Assembly (NCBI GenBank): GCA_902582105.1
Contig: CACHQT010000001.1
Location: 10,681-74,680 of the forward strand
DNA: 64,000 nt
Reading direction: 5' to 3'
DNA from: an uncultured Pelagibacteraceae bacterium
GTDB lineage: Bacteria > Pseudomonadota > Alphaproteobacteria > Pelagibacterales > Pelagibacteraceae
The notes under the pieces were generated by a model. It was given only the letters and a program-made list of their open reading frames with translations, did no database searches and was not told the origin of the DNA. The position numbers and the translations under genes are program-made. Shown here piece by piece: positions 30,033 to 40,846 of this stretch. The number at the start of each line of letters is the position of its first letter. Position 1 is the first letter of the stretch.

Positions 30033-30526
30033 TGTTGGTAATTGGTATCGACCCAGGAATTACCGGATCAATATGTTTTTTTGAGGATGGAAAAATAATT
30101 GATTTAATTGATATGCCAAATATGGCAGATGGAAAGAAACAAAAAAAACAGGTAAATGGTGCTCAAATTTATAATGAAATTCTTTTAAGAACAAAAAATG
30201 TTGAAAAAAGAAATATTAAAGTTGTAATAGAACACGTTTCAGCGATGCCTGGTCAAGGAGTTACTAGCATGTTTAACTTTGGTCAATCTTTTGGGGTTTT
30301 AAAAGGAATTTGTTCAGCTATGCAACTTTCCATGCATTTTGTTAGACCTGCAAAATGGAAAAGGTTTTTTAACCTAATTAATGCAGAAAAGGATGCAAGC
30401 AGAACAAAAGCAATAGAAATTTTTCCATATATTTCGACTCAGTTATCTAGAAAAAAAGATGCAAATAAAGCCGATGCGGCTTTAATTGCTAGTTTTTTTT
30501 ACGAAACTTACCAATCAGATCAATAA
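30032..30526 (+). CDS. Holliday junction resolvase, RuvC fold (MOC1/phage-like subtype)
   Basis: IGIDPG, VIEHV.AMPGQGV.SMF.FG..FG, PAKWK, KDASR..A..IFP, RKKD..ADAALIA. Confidence 0.85.
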   Translation: MLVIGIDPGITGSICFFEDGKIIDLIDMPNMADGKKQKKQVNGAQIYNEILLRTKNVEKRNIKVVIEHVSAMPGQGVTSMFNFGQSFGVLKGICSAMQLSMHFVRPAKWKRFFNLINAEKDASRTKAIEIFPYISTQLSRKKDANKADAALIASFFYETYQSDQ

Positions 30527-30588
30527 ATATATTAATAATAATAATTTAAAGACAAATTCATGACACATTTTAGTGTGAGATCTAACAA

Positions 30589-31263
30589 ATGGAAGCAGAT
30601 ATTACATCACAAGCCGTTGGGCTGGCAAGCAATACAGATTTTTCAATTTTAAAACTATTTGTTAGAGCTGATATAATTGTTAAGAGTGTCATCATTATAT
30701 TGATAGCTTGCTCAATATACTCGTGGGCAGTAATAATTGAAAAAATAAAACTATTTAAAAAAATAAACTCTTCTTCTGAAGATTTTGAAAATAAGTTTTG
30801 GAAATCAAAATCAGCAGAAAATTTTTACGACAACTTTCCCTCAAAAACAGAAGACCCAATGGCAAGAGTTTTTATGGACTCGATGCAAGTAATGTTAAAA
30901 TCTAAACGTAGTTCCAATTTGAATGAAAAAATGTCCAGGATGTTAGAAATTAACATTGAGAAACAAATGGAAAAAATTGAAAAAGGTTATACGTTCCTTG
31001 CTACAGTTGGTTCAACTGCACCTTTTATTGGTTTGTTTGGAACAGTTTGGGGAATAATGAATTCTTTTCAATCAATTGCAATATCAAGAAATACGAGTTT
31101 GGCAATTGTAGCTCCTGGAATAGCAGAAGCATTGTTTGCAACTGCCTTAGGTTTGTTAGCTGCGATACCCGCAGTTGTTGCTTATAATAAGTTTAATAAT
31201 GATGCAAAAAAGTATTCTCAAAAATTAGAAAATTTTTCAAAAAGATTTTTATCAATAATCTAA
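30589..31263 (+). CDS. tolQ: Tol-Pal system protein TolQ
   Basis: FLATVGSTAPFIGLFGTVWGIM, VAPGIAEALFATA. Confidence 0.95.
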   Translation: MEADITSQAVGLASNTDFSILKLFVRADIIVKSVIIILIACSIYSWAVIIEKIKLFKKINSSSEDFENKFWKSKSAENFYDNFPSKTEDPMARVFMDSMQVMLKSKRSSNLNEKMSRMLEINIEKQMEKIEKGYTFLATVGSTAPFIGLFGTVWGIMNSFQSIAISRNTSLAIVAPGIAEALFATALGLLAAIPAVVAYNKFNNDAKKYSQKLENFSKRFLSII

Positions 31264-31264
31264 G

Positions 31265-31681
31265 ATGGCTTTTAACTTAAAACGTTCATCAAAGGAACCT
31301 ATGAGTGAAATTAATGTAACTCCATTTGTAGATGTAATGTTAGTGCTTCTAATTATTTTTATGGTAACTGCACCCTTATTAACTGTAGGAGTACAAGTTG
31401 ATTTACCAGAAAGTTCGGCAGACTCTTTACCAGAAGAGCAAGAACCCTTGACGTTGAGCATCAATTCCAAAGGTGAAATTTTTATACAAGAGTCAAAAGT
31501 TGAATATGACAAAATTATTGCAAAAATATTAGCAGTTTCTAAAAATAGAACAGATACTAGAATTTATGTCAGAGGAGACAAAACAATTAACTATGGTAGA
31601 GTTTTAGAAATTATGGGAATGTTGTCTGGTTCAGGATTTACTAAAGTAGCGTTAATTTCTGAACCATATAAAGAAAGGTAA
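31265..31681 (+). CDS. tolR: Tol-Pal system protein TolR
   Basis: SEINVTPFVDVMLVLLIIFMVTAP, VRGD. Confidence 0.95.
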   Translation: MAFNLKRSSKEPMSEINVTPFVDVMLVLLIIFMVTAPLLTVGVQVDLPESSADSLPEEQEPLTLSINSKGEIFIQESKVEYDKIIAKILAVSKNRTDTRIYVRGDKTINYGRVLEIMGMLSGSGFTKVALISEPYKER

Positions 31682-31686
31682 GTTCT

Positions 31687-32493
31687 GTGACTAGAAATAT
31701 TGTTATTTCTTCAACTTTTCATTTAATAATAATTTTTATTACCGCAATGAGTTTGCCTTTTTTAACTAAAAAACCAATCGAACTTCCACCTATTGTTTCA
31801 GTAGAACTTATCCAAATCAAAGACATAACCAATATTCCTTTTGCTCCTAAAGCAAAAAAAATAATTGAAAAAGTTAAAGAAAAAGAAAAACTAGTTTCAG
31901 AACAAGCTCCACCAAAAGTTGTTAAAAAAGAAAAACCAGATGCCGTTCCGTTGCCTGATGAAAAAATAGAAAAAGTTAAAAAATTAGAGGATAAAAAGCA
32001 GAATCCTGAAAAAATAGATAACAAAGTCAAACAAGTTTCAGAGTTTGAAAAGGAAGAGCTTTTTGATCCCAATAATATTGCTGCACTTATAGATAAGTCA
32101 AAAGAAGATGTAGGAGAAACAACAGATAAACCAAATAAGATTTCGCAAGATCAAGATAGAACAGTAGAAAATATTGGACTATCTTTAAGTGAGGAAGATG
32201 CCTTAAAAGCTCAAATTTTTGGTTGTTGGAGCATTCCACTTGGTTTACCTTACAATGAAAATTTATTAGTGAGAATTAAATTGAAATTAAAACCAGATGG
32301 ATCTGTAATAAAATCAGAGATATTAGATCATGCCAGAATGAATAAACCAGGTCAAGGTTTTTACAAAGTTTTAGCAGAAAGTGCCCTTAGAGCCATTCAA
32401 CTGTGTCAGCCTCTCAGAGTTCCAACCACAGGCTACGAAAGATGGAAAGATTTGCAATTAAATTTTGACGCAAGAGAGATGCTAGAGGGATGA
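31687..32493 (+). CDS. tolA: Tol-Pal system protein TolA
   Basis: N-terminal TM with SxxxH, K/E/P-rich linker, TonB-C-like domain; position between tolR and tolB. Confidence 0.85.
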   Translation: MTRNIVISSTFHLIIIFITAMSLPFLTKKPIELPPIVSVELIQIKDITNIPFAPKAKKIIEKVKEKEKLVSEQAPPKVVKKEKPDAVPLPDEKIEKVKKLEDKKQNPEKIDNKVKQVSEFEKEELFDPNNIAALIDKSKEDVGETTDKPNKISQDQDRTVENIGLSLSEEDALKAQIFGCWSIPLGLPYNENLLVRIKLKLKPDGSVIKSEILDHARMNKPGQGFYKVLAESALRAIQLCQPLRVPTTGYERWKDLQLNFDAREMLEG

Positions 32494-33836
32494 TCATGTT
32501 TTTTAGATATTTTTTAATTTTATTTTTTTTAATACCCACAAGCTCTTTAGCTTTAATTGAAGTTGATATAAGCAGAGGGAATTTAAGTCCACTTCCCATT
32601 GCAGTTTCACCATTATCTTTAGATAAAGCATCAAAACAGAGCTTAAAGAAAATATTAAAAAAAGAAGATTTAGGTTCAGAAATTTCTTTTGTTGTTGAAA
32701 ATAACTTAAAGAAGTCTGGACTTTTTAATCCTTTAAACAAAGACTCTTTTCTTCAAAAACCAGATATTGCTCATTTAAAACCTAGATTTGAAGACTGGGC
32801 TTTAATAAAAGCACAGGCTTTAATTACAGGCAAGGTTACATTTGTTGATGAAAAACTTAGAGTAGAATTTAGGCTTTGGGATGTGCTTGCAGCAAAAGAA
32901 ATGATGGCTTTAGCATTTACTACTGTTCCAAGTAACTGGAGAAGAGTCGGACATATTATAACTGATAAAATTTATGAGAGATTAACTGGAGAAAAAGGTT
33001 ATTTTGATACAAGAATTATTTATGTAGCTGAAGAAGGACCTAAAACAAGAAGGATAAAAAAGTTAGGCATAATGGATCAAGATGGATTTAATACAAAATA
33101 TTTAACTTTAGGAAACGAATTGGTTTTAACTCCAAGATTCAACCCAACCAATCAAATGGTTACTTATCTTTCTTACTTCAGAAATTTACCAAGAGTTTAT
33201 TTGTTAGATATTGAAACTGGTATTCAAGAAGTAGTAGGAGACTTTCCTGGAATGACATTTGCTCCAAGATTTTCTCCAGATGGTAAAAAAATCATAATGA
33301 GTTTTGCGCAGGATGGTAATTCTGATATTTATACTATGGATCTTGAAAATAGAATTGTTGAAAGAATCACTAATCATCCTTCAATAGATACATCTCCTTC
33401 ATATTCACCAGATGGAAAGTATATATGTTTCAATTCGGACAGAAGTGGTTATCAACAAATTTATATTATGAAAAGTGATGGATCAAATGTTAAAAGAATA
33501 TCTTTTGGTAAAGGTTTATATGGAACACCTGTTTGGTCGCCAAGAGGTGATTTAATAGCTTTTACAAAACTACATAAAGGTAAATTTTATATAGGAGTAA
33601 TGAGGACGAATGGAAAAGGAGAAAGATTATTAACTGAGAACTTTTATCAAGAAGCACCATCTTGGTCGCCAAATGGAAGAGTTTTAATATTTTATAGGGA
33701 GACAAAAACTGACGCCAAAGGAGAGGGTTTTTCTGCAAAATTGTGGTCTATAGATTTAACAGGTTATAATGAGAGGTTAGTAGAGACCGAAACCGACGCT
33801 TCTGACCCATCTTGGTCGTCTTTATTAAGTAATTAA
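32490..33836 (+). CDS. tolB: Tol-Pal system beta-propeller protein TolB
   Basis: Signal peptide, [12 protein letters not shown], repeated P.(F/W/Y)SPDG blades. Confidence 0.96.
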   Translation: MIMFFRYFLILFFLIPTSSLALIEVDISRGNLSPLPIAVSPLSLDKASKQSLKKILKKEDLGSEISFVVENNLKKSGLFNPLNKDSFLQKPDIAHLKPRFEDWALIKAQALITGKVTFVDEKLRVEFRLWDVLAAKEMMALAFTTVPSNWRRVGHIITDKIYERLTGEKGYFDTRIIYVAEEGPKTRRIKKLGIMDQDGFNTKYLTLGNELVLTPRFNPTNQMVTYLSYFRNLPRVYLLDIETGIQEVVGDFPGMTFAPRFSPDGKKIIMSFAQDGNSDIYTMDLENRIVERITNHPSIDTSPSYSPDGKYICFNSDRSGYQQIYIMKSDGSNVKRISFGKGLYGTPVWSPRGDLIAFTKLHKGKFYIGVMRTNGKGERLLTENFYQEAPSWSPNGRVLIFYRETKTDAKGEGFSAKLWSIDLTGYNERLVETETDASDPSWSSLLSN

Positions 33837-33933
33837 TATTAAATTAAGCTATTAATATTAAATAGTTGATTTTTAGGCTTGAAAGATTTAATTAGGTGTG
33901 AAAAAGTCATAATATTCAATTTAAGGAGTAGTA

Positions 33934-34410
33934 ATGAATCTGAACAAAATTTTAAAAAATGCACTTCTAGTAGCGATTGCTTGCTTAGCATTGTCTGCTT
34001 GTGCAAAAAAAGTAAGCACAGGTCAATTGCAAGGTGATGTGTATACAGGCACTGACACTGTTGAATATTTAGCATCGGGTGTTCCAGATAGAGTTTTCTT
34101 TGCAACAAATGAATCTGTTTTAACTACTAAGTCTAGAGATACTTTAAGAAAACAAGCAACCTGGTTAAGAAAAAATTCGAAAATAAATATAGTTTTAGAA
34201 GGTCATGCTGATGAAAGAGGAACAAGAGAGTATAACTTAGCGTTAGGGGAAAGAAGAGCTAATGCTGCGAAAGATTATTTAATGACATATGGAATTTCTT
34301 CAGATAGGATTTCTGTAATTAGTTATGGAAAAGAAAGACCTGTAGACTCAGGTTCAAATCCACTTTCATGGTCGAAAAATAGAAGATCAGTTACAGTTAA
34401 AGCTAACTAA
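33934..34410 (+). CDS. pal: Peptidoglycan-associated lipoprotein
   Basis: Lipobox LSAC, EGHADERGTREYNLALGERRA, KNRR; AAGGAG SD upstream. Confidence 0.97.
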   Translation: MNLNKILKNALLVAIACLALSACAKKVSTGQLQGDVYTGTDTVEYLASGVPDRVFFATNESVLTTKSRDTLRKQATWLRKNSKINIVLEGHADERGTREYNLALGERRANAAKDYLMTYGISSDRISVISYGKERPVDSGSNPLSWSKNRRSVTVKAN

Positions 34411-34421
34411 TTAATAGTTTT

Positions 34422-34461
34422 AAAAAAGACCCTGTTATTAAATTATCAGGGTCTTTTTTTT
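34422..34461 (+). terminator. Intrinsic terminator after pal (potentially bidirectional)
   Basis: AAAAAAGACCCTG, 12-nt loop, CAGGGTCTTTTTTTT. Confidence 0.85.
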
Positions 34462-34489
34462 GCCATCATTATCACTACTAATAAATTTA

Positions 34490-35485
34490 ATGTTAAGTAT
34501 TATAAAATTTGCATTAGTTAGTTTTTTTTTAATTTTCATTTTTTCTAGTAATAAAGTTTCTGCTGAAAATGAGAGTTATGATGAACTAATAGCGACACTT
34601 GATGCAATGCAAAAAGATATAAAAACTCTAGAAAGAGCTATATATTCAGAAGGAGATAATTCATCATCAGAAAATTATTTAGATCAAAATTCAGAAGATG
34701 TTCTCACTAGACACCTTTTAAAATTATCAGAAATAGAAAATCAATTTCAAAAACTTACAAACAAATTTGAGGAAATAAATTTTAAGCTAGATAAATTGTC
34801 AAATAGACTATCCAAAGTTCAAGCAGATAATCAAATTAGATTTCAACAACTAGAAGATGGTAAAGCTATCACTGAAATAGACATCGATAACCAAAATAAA
34901 ATTGTTTCTTCAACTACAGAGAGCCAAGAAGAAGTTTTACCAGGATCTTCGCAACCACAAGATTTAGGTTCAATTTCATATAAAGATACAGAAACAAATT
35001 CTTTATCACAAGAAACTCAGTCAATAGATTCAACTGGAACAGTTATAACTGAAGAATTCGAGTCTGAAGAAAAATTATTACCAAATGAAGTGCCAGAAAA
35101 ACAATATGAATTTGCAACTAGTTTTTTAAAAGTTGGAGATTACAATATGGCTGAACGTGCGTTTAAAGAATTTGTTGATACAAATCCAAATCATAAATTG
35201 GCTGGCAATGCTCAATATTGGTATGCTGAAACTTTTAGAATTAGACAGTTGTATACGGATGCAGCGTCTGCATATCTTGAAGGATATCAAAAATATCCTA
35301 AAAGCGCGAAGGGTCCTATAAATTTGTTGAGACTTGGTGTATCATTAGTTCAGATAGGAGAAAAAGATCAAGGTTGTTTAATGATCACTGGTGTTCAAAA
35401 ACAATACCCTGAAGCAAAACAGTCTGTTCTTCAAAAAGCAAAATATGAAGAAAAAAAGTTTGAGTGTAAAAAAGAAAAAACATAA
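34490..35485 (+). CDS. cpoB: Cell division coordinator CpoB (YbgF)
   Basis: Signal peptide, coiled coil, C-terminal TPR with LAGNAQYWYAE; start placed at ATG 34490 downstream of the terminator. Confidence 0.88.
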   Translation: MLSIIKFALVSFFLIFIFSSNKVSAENESYDELIATLDAMQKDIKTLERAIYSEGDNSSSENYLDQNSEDVLTRHLLKLSEIENQFQKLTNKFEEINFKLDKLSNRLSKVQADNQIRFQQLEDGKAITEIDIDNQNKIVSSTTESQEEVLPGSSQPQDLGSISYKDTETNSLSQETQSIDSTGTVITEEFESEEKLLPNEVPEKQYEFATSFLKVGDYNMAERAFKEFVDTNPNHKLAGNAQYWYAETFRIRQLYTDAASAYLEGYQKYPKSAKGPINLLRLGVSLVQIGEKDQGCLMITGVQKQYPEAKQSVLQKAKYEEKKFECKKEKT

Positions 35486-36485
35486 TAATTTAATTCTTAA
35501 ACACTTAAACAATAAAAATATTTTAAAAGTTTTTAAGGAATTCAAAAAAACAATTGATGTCAAAAGTAGCTATGCAGCAGCTATTTCTGGAGGTCCAGAT
35601 AGTCTTGCTTTAGCTTTCTTTTGCAAATGTATTTCAAAAATTTATAACACTAAAATCCAATACTATTTGGTGGACCACAAACTAAGAAAAGAGTCTACTA
35701 AAGAAGCTAAGAAAGTTTTACAAATTTTAAAAAAACAAAAAATCAACTGTAAAATTCTCACTTGGAAAGGTCAAAAACCAAAATCGAACATCCAATCTAT
35801 TGCAAGAGATAAACGTTATGCACTTTTAAAAAATGAATGTAAAAAAAATAGAATATCTTTCTTATTATTAGGTCACAATATTGATGATCTATATGAAAAT
35901 TTTCTATTAAGAATTCTACGAGGTAGTGGCCTAAAAGGTTTGGTATCTATGGATAAAGTATCTGAAAGCAATATTGATAATATAAAAATAATTAGACCAT
36001 TAATAAATATTAAAAAATCTGACTTAAAAAAAATATCAAAAATAGTTTTTAACTATTTTGTTGAAGATCCTTCAAATATCGATGAAAATTTTAAAAGAAT
36101 TAGAATAAGAAAATTAATAAATACATTAGAGCTCGAAGGGTTAGATAAAAATAAGCTTAAACTTACAATTAAAAATCTTAAAGACTCAAATGATACTATT
36201 AACTTTTATACAAAAAATAATATTGATAAAAATTCATATTTTTTTAAAGAAAGAAATACCTTTTTTTTAAACAAATTATTCTTTATACAACCTCATGAAA
36301 TTACCTTCAGATCCTTTGGGGAGATTATAAAAAAAATTGGCAAAAGATACTATTTGCCCCGAGGAAAAAGCATAAGCTCTACTTTGTCAGACATTAAATC
36401 TCCAAATTTTAAAAAAACAACTTTAGGAGGTTGCATGATTCAAAAAGTAAGTGAAACTATAGTTGTTTTTCCAGAAAGATCATAA
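35445..36485 (+). CDS. tilS: tRNA(Ile)-lysidine synthase
   Basis: AISGGPDSLAL, VDHKLR, ARDKRY, GHNIDD, EDPSN; start uncertain (ATG 35445 chosen). Confidence 0.92.
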   Translation: MKKKSLSVKKKKHNNLILKHLNNKNILKVFKEFKKTIDVKSSYAAAISGGPDSLALAFFCKCISKIYNTKIQYYLVDHKLRKESTKEAKKVLQILKKQKINCKILTWKGQKPKSNIQSIARDKRYALLKNECKKNRISFLLLGHNIDDLYENFLLRILRGSGLKGLVSMDKVSESNIDNIKIIRPLINIKKSDLKKISKIVFNYFVEDPSNIDENFKRIRIRKLINTLELEGLDKNKLKLTIKNLKDSNDTINFYTKNNIDKNSYFFKERNTFFLNKLFFIQPHEITFRSFGEIIKKIGKRYYLPRGKSISSTLSDIKSPNFKKTTLGGCMIQKVSETIVVFPERS

Positions 36486-36513
36486 AAAAGTCAAATTTTG
36501 TACTAAAATGCCA

Positions 36514-36541
36514 CTTGTTTAATTTACAATAATTCTTATCT
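36514..36541 (+). promoter_or_regulatory. Putative RpoH (sigma32) promoter of ftsH
   Basis: CTTG (36514-36517), 17-nt spacer, CTTATCT (36535-36541), matching the alphaproteobacterial heat-shock consensus CTTG-N17-CYTATNT. Confidence 0.55.
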
Positions 36542-36548
36542 TACAATT

Positions 36549-38453
36549 ATGAATTTTAAAAATTTAGTTATGTGGGCTGTTATAGTTTTTTTAACTATAG
36601 GTCTATATAATATGTTCAAAAATCCTCAAGGAAATTTAAATAAAACAAACCAAATAATTTTTTCAGAATTTTTATCTGAAGTTGATAATGGCAGAGTAGT
36701 TAAAGTTGAAATTAAAGAAAATAATATAAAAGGGGTTATGTCCAATGGTGAAGTATTTACTACCTACTCACCGAACTACCCAGATCTTATAGAAAAGCTT
36801 TCAGAAAGAGGAGTTAGTATATCAGCTTCTCCAGTTGACGAAAAAATGCCATCACTACTTGGTGTGCTTTTATCTTGGTTTCCAATGTTACTATTGATTG
36901 CAGTTTGGATTTTTTTTATGAGACAGATGCAAGGTGGAAAAGGTGGAGCTATGGGATTTGGTCGTTCAAAGGCAAAGATGATGAACGAATTAAAAGGCAA
37001 AGTAACCTTTAATGATGTGGCAGGCGTAGAAGAAGCTAAAGAAGAAGTCGAGGAAGTAGTGGAATTTTTAAAAGATCCAAAAAAATTTAGTAGACTTGGA
37101 GGTAAAATTCCAAGAGGATGTTTATTAGTTGGGCCACCCGGAACTGGAAAAACTTTATTAGCTAGAGCTATTGCTGGAGAAGCTGGTGTTCCATTCTTCA
37201 CAATTTCAGGATCAGACTTTGTTGAAATGTTTGTAGGTGTTGGTGCTTCAAGAGTACGAGACATGTTTGAACAAGGAAAAAAACATTCTCCATGTATAAT
37301 TTTTATAGATGAAATTGATGCAGTTGGACGAAGTAGAGGAGCAGGCCTTGGAGGAGGGAATGATGAAAGAGAGCAAACCTTAAACCAATTGTTAGTTGAA
37401 ATGGATGGTTTTGATACCAATGAAGGTGTGATTATAATTGCAGCTACTAATAGGCCGGACGTACTTGATCCTGCTTTATTAAGACCAGGAAGATTTGATA
37501 GACAAGTAGTGGTGTCTTTGCCAGATATTATTGGAAGAGAAAAAATATTAAAAGTACATGCTAAGAAAATATCAATGGCACCAGATGTAAATTTGAGAAC
37601 AGTTGCAAGAGGAACACCTGGATTCTCAGGAGCGGACTTAGCAAATTTAGTAAACGAAGCAGCCTTGTTAGCTGCAAGAAAAAATAAAAGAATAGTAACT
37701 TATAACGAGTTTGAAGAAGCAAAAGATAAAGTTATGATGGGAGCTGAGAGAAGGTCAATGGTTATGACAGAAGATGAAAAAAAACTTACTGCTTACCACG
37801 AGGGAGGTCATGCATTAGTTTCTTTTAATATGCCTGGCTACGATCCAATTCATAAAGCAACAATAATACCAAGAGGTAGAGCTTTAGGTATGGTAATGAA
37901 TATACCTGAAAAGGATAAACACGGTTATTCTATAAAGTTTTTAAAAGCAAGATTGGCTGTATGTTTTGGAGGAAGGGTTGCAGAAGAAATAATATTCGGT
38001 AAAGATAACATATCAACAGGAGCTGGAGGCGGTAGTGGCTCAGATATAAATCAAGCAACTCAATTGGCTAGAGCAATGGTTACAAAATATGGAATGACTG
38101 AAGAATTAGGTCCAGTTGAATATGGCGAAAACGAAGAAGAGGTATTTTTAGGAAGGTCAGTTGCTCGAACACAAAGCGTATCTGAAGCTGTAGCACAAAA
38201 AATAGACAAAGAAATTAGGAAACTGGTAGATGAAGGCTATAATAGAGCTAGAGAAATTTTAACTACAAAAATAGATGATTTGCATAAATTAGCCAAAGCA
38301 TTATTAACTTATGAAACATTGACTGGCGAAGAAATTGAAAATTTAATTAATAAAAACATATATCCTGCTAACAAAGAAGACTTAAAAGAGGAAGATAAAA
38401 AACAAGATTCAGCTTTAGATTCTATGGGATTGAAGCCCAAGATAGTTCATTAG
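36549..38453 (+). CDS. ftsH: ATP-dependent zinc metalloprotease FtsH
   Basis: Two TM segments, [26 protein letters not shown] zinc motif. Confidence 0.98.
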   Translation: MNFKNLVMWAVIVFLTIGLYNMFKNPQGNLNKTNQIIFSEFLSEVDNGRVVKVEIKENNIKGVMSNGEVFTTYSPNYPDLIEKLSERGVSISASPVDEKMPSLLGVLLSWFPMLLLIAVWIFFMRQMQGGKGGAMGFGRSKAKMMNELKGKVTFNDVAGVEEAKEEVEEVVEFLKDPKKFSRLGGKIPRGCLLVGPPGTGKTLLARAIAGEAGVPFFTISGSDFVEMFVGVGASRVRDMFEQGKKHSPCIIFIDEIDAVGRSRGAGLGGGNDEREQTLNQLLVEMDGFDTNEGVIIIAATNRPDVLDPALLRPGRFDRQVVVSLPDIIGREKILKVHAKKISMAPDVNLRTVARGTPGFSGADLANLVNEAALLAARKNKRIVTYNEFEEAKDKVMMGAERRSMVMTEDEKKLTAYHEGGHALVSFNMPGYDPIHKATIIPRGRALGMVMNIPEKDKHGYSIKFLKARLAVCFGGRVAEEIIFGKDNISTGAGGGSGSDINQATQLARAMVTKYGMTEELGPVEYGENEEEVFLGRSVARTQSVSEAVAQKIDKEIRKLVDEGYNRAREILTTKIDDLHKLAKALLTYETLTGEEIENLINKNIYPANKEDLKEEDKKQDSALDSMGLKPKIVH

Positions 38454-38459
38454 ATCATA

Positions 38460-39512
38460 ATGGTAAAATATTACACTAGAGCGTGTAATTTTTATTTCGG
38501 ACAAATATCAAAAAAAAAAATCAGTGAAGGAAAAGCGCTACCTTTAAATAATAATAATCTAATATCATTTGATTCAATCGAAGTAATATCCAGAAAAGAT
38601 AAAAAAAAAATTTATATAACAGAAATAAAAAAACAGAATCATGAAATTAGACAAAAAATTAAAGAAGATATTAAGTTAATTACAAAAAAAAAAAAATTTA
38701 AGGGGCTGAATTTTAAAGATTTCCCCATTTTAATGGGAGTAATTAATTTAACACCAGATAGTTTTTCTGACGGAGGAAAATATAATAAAAAAAACTTAGG
38801 TTTTGCTCATGCAAAATATTTAATAAAAAAAGGATGCCAAATTCTAGATATAGGTGGAGAGTCGACAAGACCAGGAGCCAAAGATATTAATAAAAAAGTA
38901 GAATGGAAAAGAATTAATAAGACTCTCCAAAAAATTAAAAAATTAAATAAGTTTATTTCTTTAGATACAAGAAAAAGCTGGATTATGAAACAAGGGATAA
39001 ATAATAAAGTTAATTTAATAAATGATGTTTCTAGTTTTAAATATGACGTTAATTCTATAAATATAATAAAAAAAAATAAAATTCCATTCGTTGTTCATCA
39101 TATGCAGGGAAGCCCAAAAAATATGCAAAAAAATCCAAGATATAAAAATGTTCTTTTGGACATTTATGATTTTTTTGAAAATAAAATAAAAAAAATGAGA
39201 TCTTTAGGAATCAAACATAATAATATTATTTTAGATCCAGGAATTGGATTTGGTAAAAACTTGAAACATAATATGACCTTGATTAAGCATGTTTCTATTT
39301 TTCACTCACTTGGATTTCCTATAATGTTAGGTGTTTCTAGAAAAAGATTTATTAAAGATCTATCTGGAATTAATGATAGTAAAGAAAGGTTGGGTGGCAC
39401 AATATCATCCAGTTTATATGCAATGACACAAGGAGTTCAAATATTAAGAGTTCATGATGTAAACGAGGTGAATCAAAGTATAAAAGTTTTTAAATCCTTA
39501 AATTTTAAATAA
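38460..39512 (+). CDS. folP: Dihydropteroate synthase with N-terminal extension
   Basis: MGVINLTPDSFSDGG, DIGGESTRPG, DPGIGFGK, SRKRF, RVHDV. Confidence 0.94.
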   Translation: MVKYYTRACNFYFGQISKKKISEGKALPLNNNNLISFDSIEVISRKDKKKIYITEIKKQNHEIRQKIKEDIKLITKKKKFKGLNFKDFPILMGVINLTPDSFSDGGKYNKKNLGFAHAKYLIKKGCQILDIGGESTRPGAKDINKKVEWKRINKTLQKIKKLNKFISLDTRKSWIMKQGINNKVNLINDVSSFKYDVNSINIIKKNKIPFVVHHMQGSPKNMQKNPRYKNVLLDIYDFFENKIKKMRSLGIKHNNIILDPGIGFGKNLKHNMTLIKHVSIFHSLGFPIMLGVSRKRFIKDLSGINDSKERLGGTISSSLYAMTQGVQILRVHDVNEVNQSIKVFKSLNFK

Positions 39513-40846
39513 TGTCAAAAAAATATTTCGGCACTGATGGAATTAGAGGTAAAGTAAACCAAGGAAATATTAATGGAGAAATGTTTTTTAAATTTGGTTT
39601 AGCAGCTGGAACATACTTTAAAAATCTCAAAAAAAATAAACAAATAGCAATTATTGCAAAAGATACAAGGTTGTCAGGTTATACCTTGGAACCAGCTTTA
39701 GTATCTGGATTAGCTTCGGCTGGAATGCATGTTTATACTTTAGGACCTTTGCCAACCAATGGTCTTGCTATGTTGACAAAAAGAATGAAGGCAAATATGG
39801 GCATAATGATAACAGCATCACATAACCCTTATTTTGATAATGGATTAAAATTATTTGGACCTGACGGTTTAAAATTATCCGATAAAATTGAAAAAAAAAT
39901 TGAAAAGTTAATAGACTCGAAAATCACAAAAAATTTATCTAAACCCAATATTCTTGGTAGAGTAAAAAGATTAGAGAATGCCAATGATAAATATATTGAA
40001 ATTTTAAAATCCAATTTTCCTAATAATTTTAGTCTTAAGGGAATTAAAATTGCAATAGATTGTGCTAATGGAGCTGGATACAAATCTGGACCAAAACTTT
40101 TAAAATCTTTAGGGGCCAAGGTTTATAATGTAGGCACGTCTCCTAGTGGTCTAAATATTAATCAAAATTGTGGATCTACTTTTCCAAAAAAAATTAAATC
40201 TTTAGTTAAAAAATATAGAGTTAATTTGGGGATATCATTAGACGGTGACGCTGACAGAATAATCCTATGCGATGAAAAAGGAATTATAATTGATGGTGAT
40301 CAGATTATAGCGATGCTAGCTAGCAGATGGAAAAGAAAAAAAATTCTAAGAGGCGGTGTAATTGGCACTTTAATGTCTAATTATGGATTGCAGAATTATT
40401 TTAAAGAACAAAAAATAAGATTTATAAGAGCTAGTGTTGGAGACAGATATGTTAAAGAAAAAATGCAAAAACATAAGTTTAATCTCGGAGGTGAGCAATC
40501 AGGTCATATTATATTAGGAAACTTTGCAACAACAGGTGATGGTTTACTAGTAGCTTTAGAGGTTTTATTTTCAATGAGAAAAGGTAAAAAAGCGAGCGAG
40601 CTACTAAATGTCTTTAAACCAATGCCTCAAATTTTAGAAAATATCATTGTAAGAGATAAAAATATAATAAATAATTTGGAGTGCAAAAAAGCAATTAAGA
40701 ACGCAAATAAACTTATGGGAAAAAATGGAAGACTTTTGGTAAGAAAATCTGGTACTGAACCAAAAATAAGAGTTATGGGAGAGTCATATAATAAAAATTT
40801 GATTATAAAGTGTATAAAAATAATTAAACGGTCAATAAAATATTGA
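39512..40846 (+). CDS. glmM: Phosphoglucosamine mutase
   Basis: YFGTDGIRG, ITASHNP, DGDADR, GGEQSGH, SGTEPKIRVM. Confidence 0.96.
   Translation: MSKKYFGTDGIRGKVNQGNINGEMFFKFGLAAGTYFKNLKKNKQIAIIAKDTRLSGYTLEPALVSGLASAGMHVYTLGPLPTNGLAMLTKRMKANMGIMITASHNPYFDNGLKLFGPDGLKLSDKIEKKIEKLIDSKITKNLSKPNILGRVKRLENANDKYIEILKSNFPNNFSLKGIKIAIDCANGAGYKSGPKLLKSLGAKVYNVGTSPSGLNINQNCGSTFPKKIKSLVKKYRVNLGISLDGDADRIILCDEKGIIIDGDQIIAMLASRWKRKKILRGGVIGTLMSNYGLQNYFKEQKIRFIRASVGDRYVKEKMQKHKFNLGGEQSGHIILGNFATTGDGLLVALEVLFSMRKGKKASELLNVFKPMPQILENIIVRDKNIINNLECKKAIKNANKLMGKNGRLLVRKSGTEPKIRVMGESYNKNLIIKCIKIIKRSIKY

Noticed and set aside
36776-37420. 214-aa antisense ORF inside ftsH, and similar ones in pntB, fba, gap, tkt, yebC, tolA, glmM, purA, dxs, aroC, ppdK, nadA and ygfZ
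   Set aside because: These are shadow frames opposite conserved genes, expected from codon bias, with no recognisable motifs
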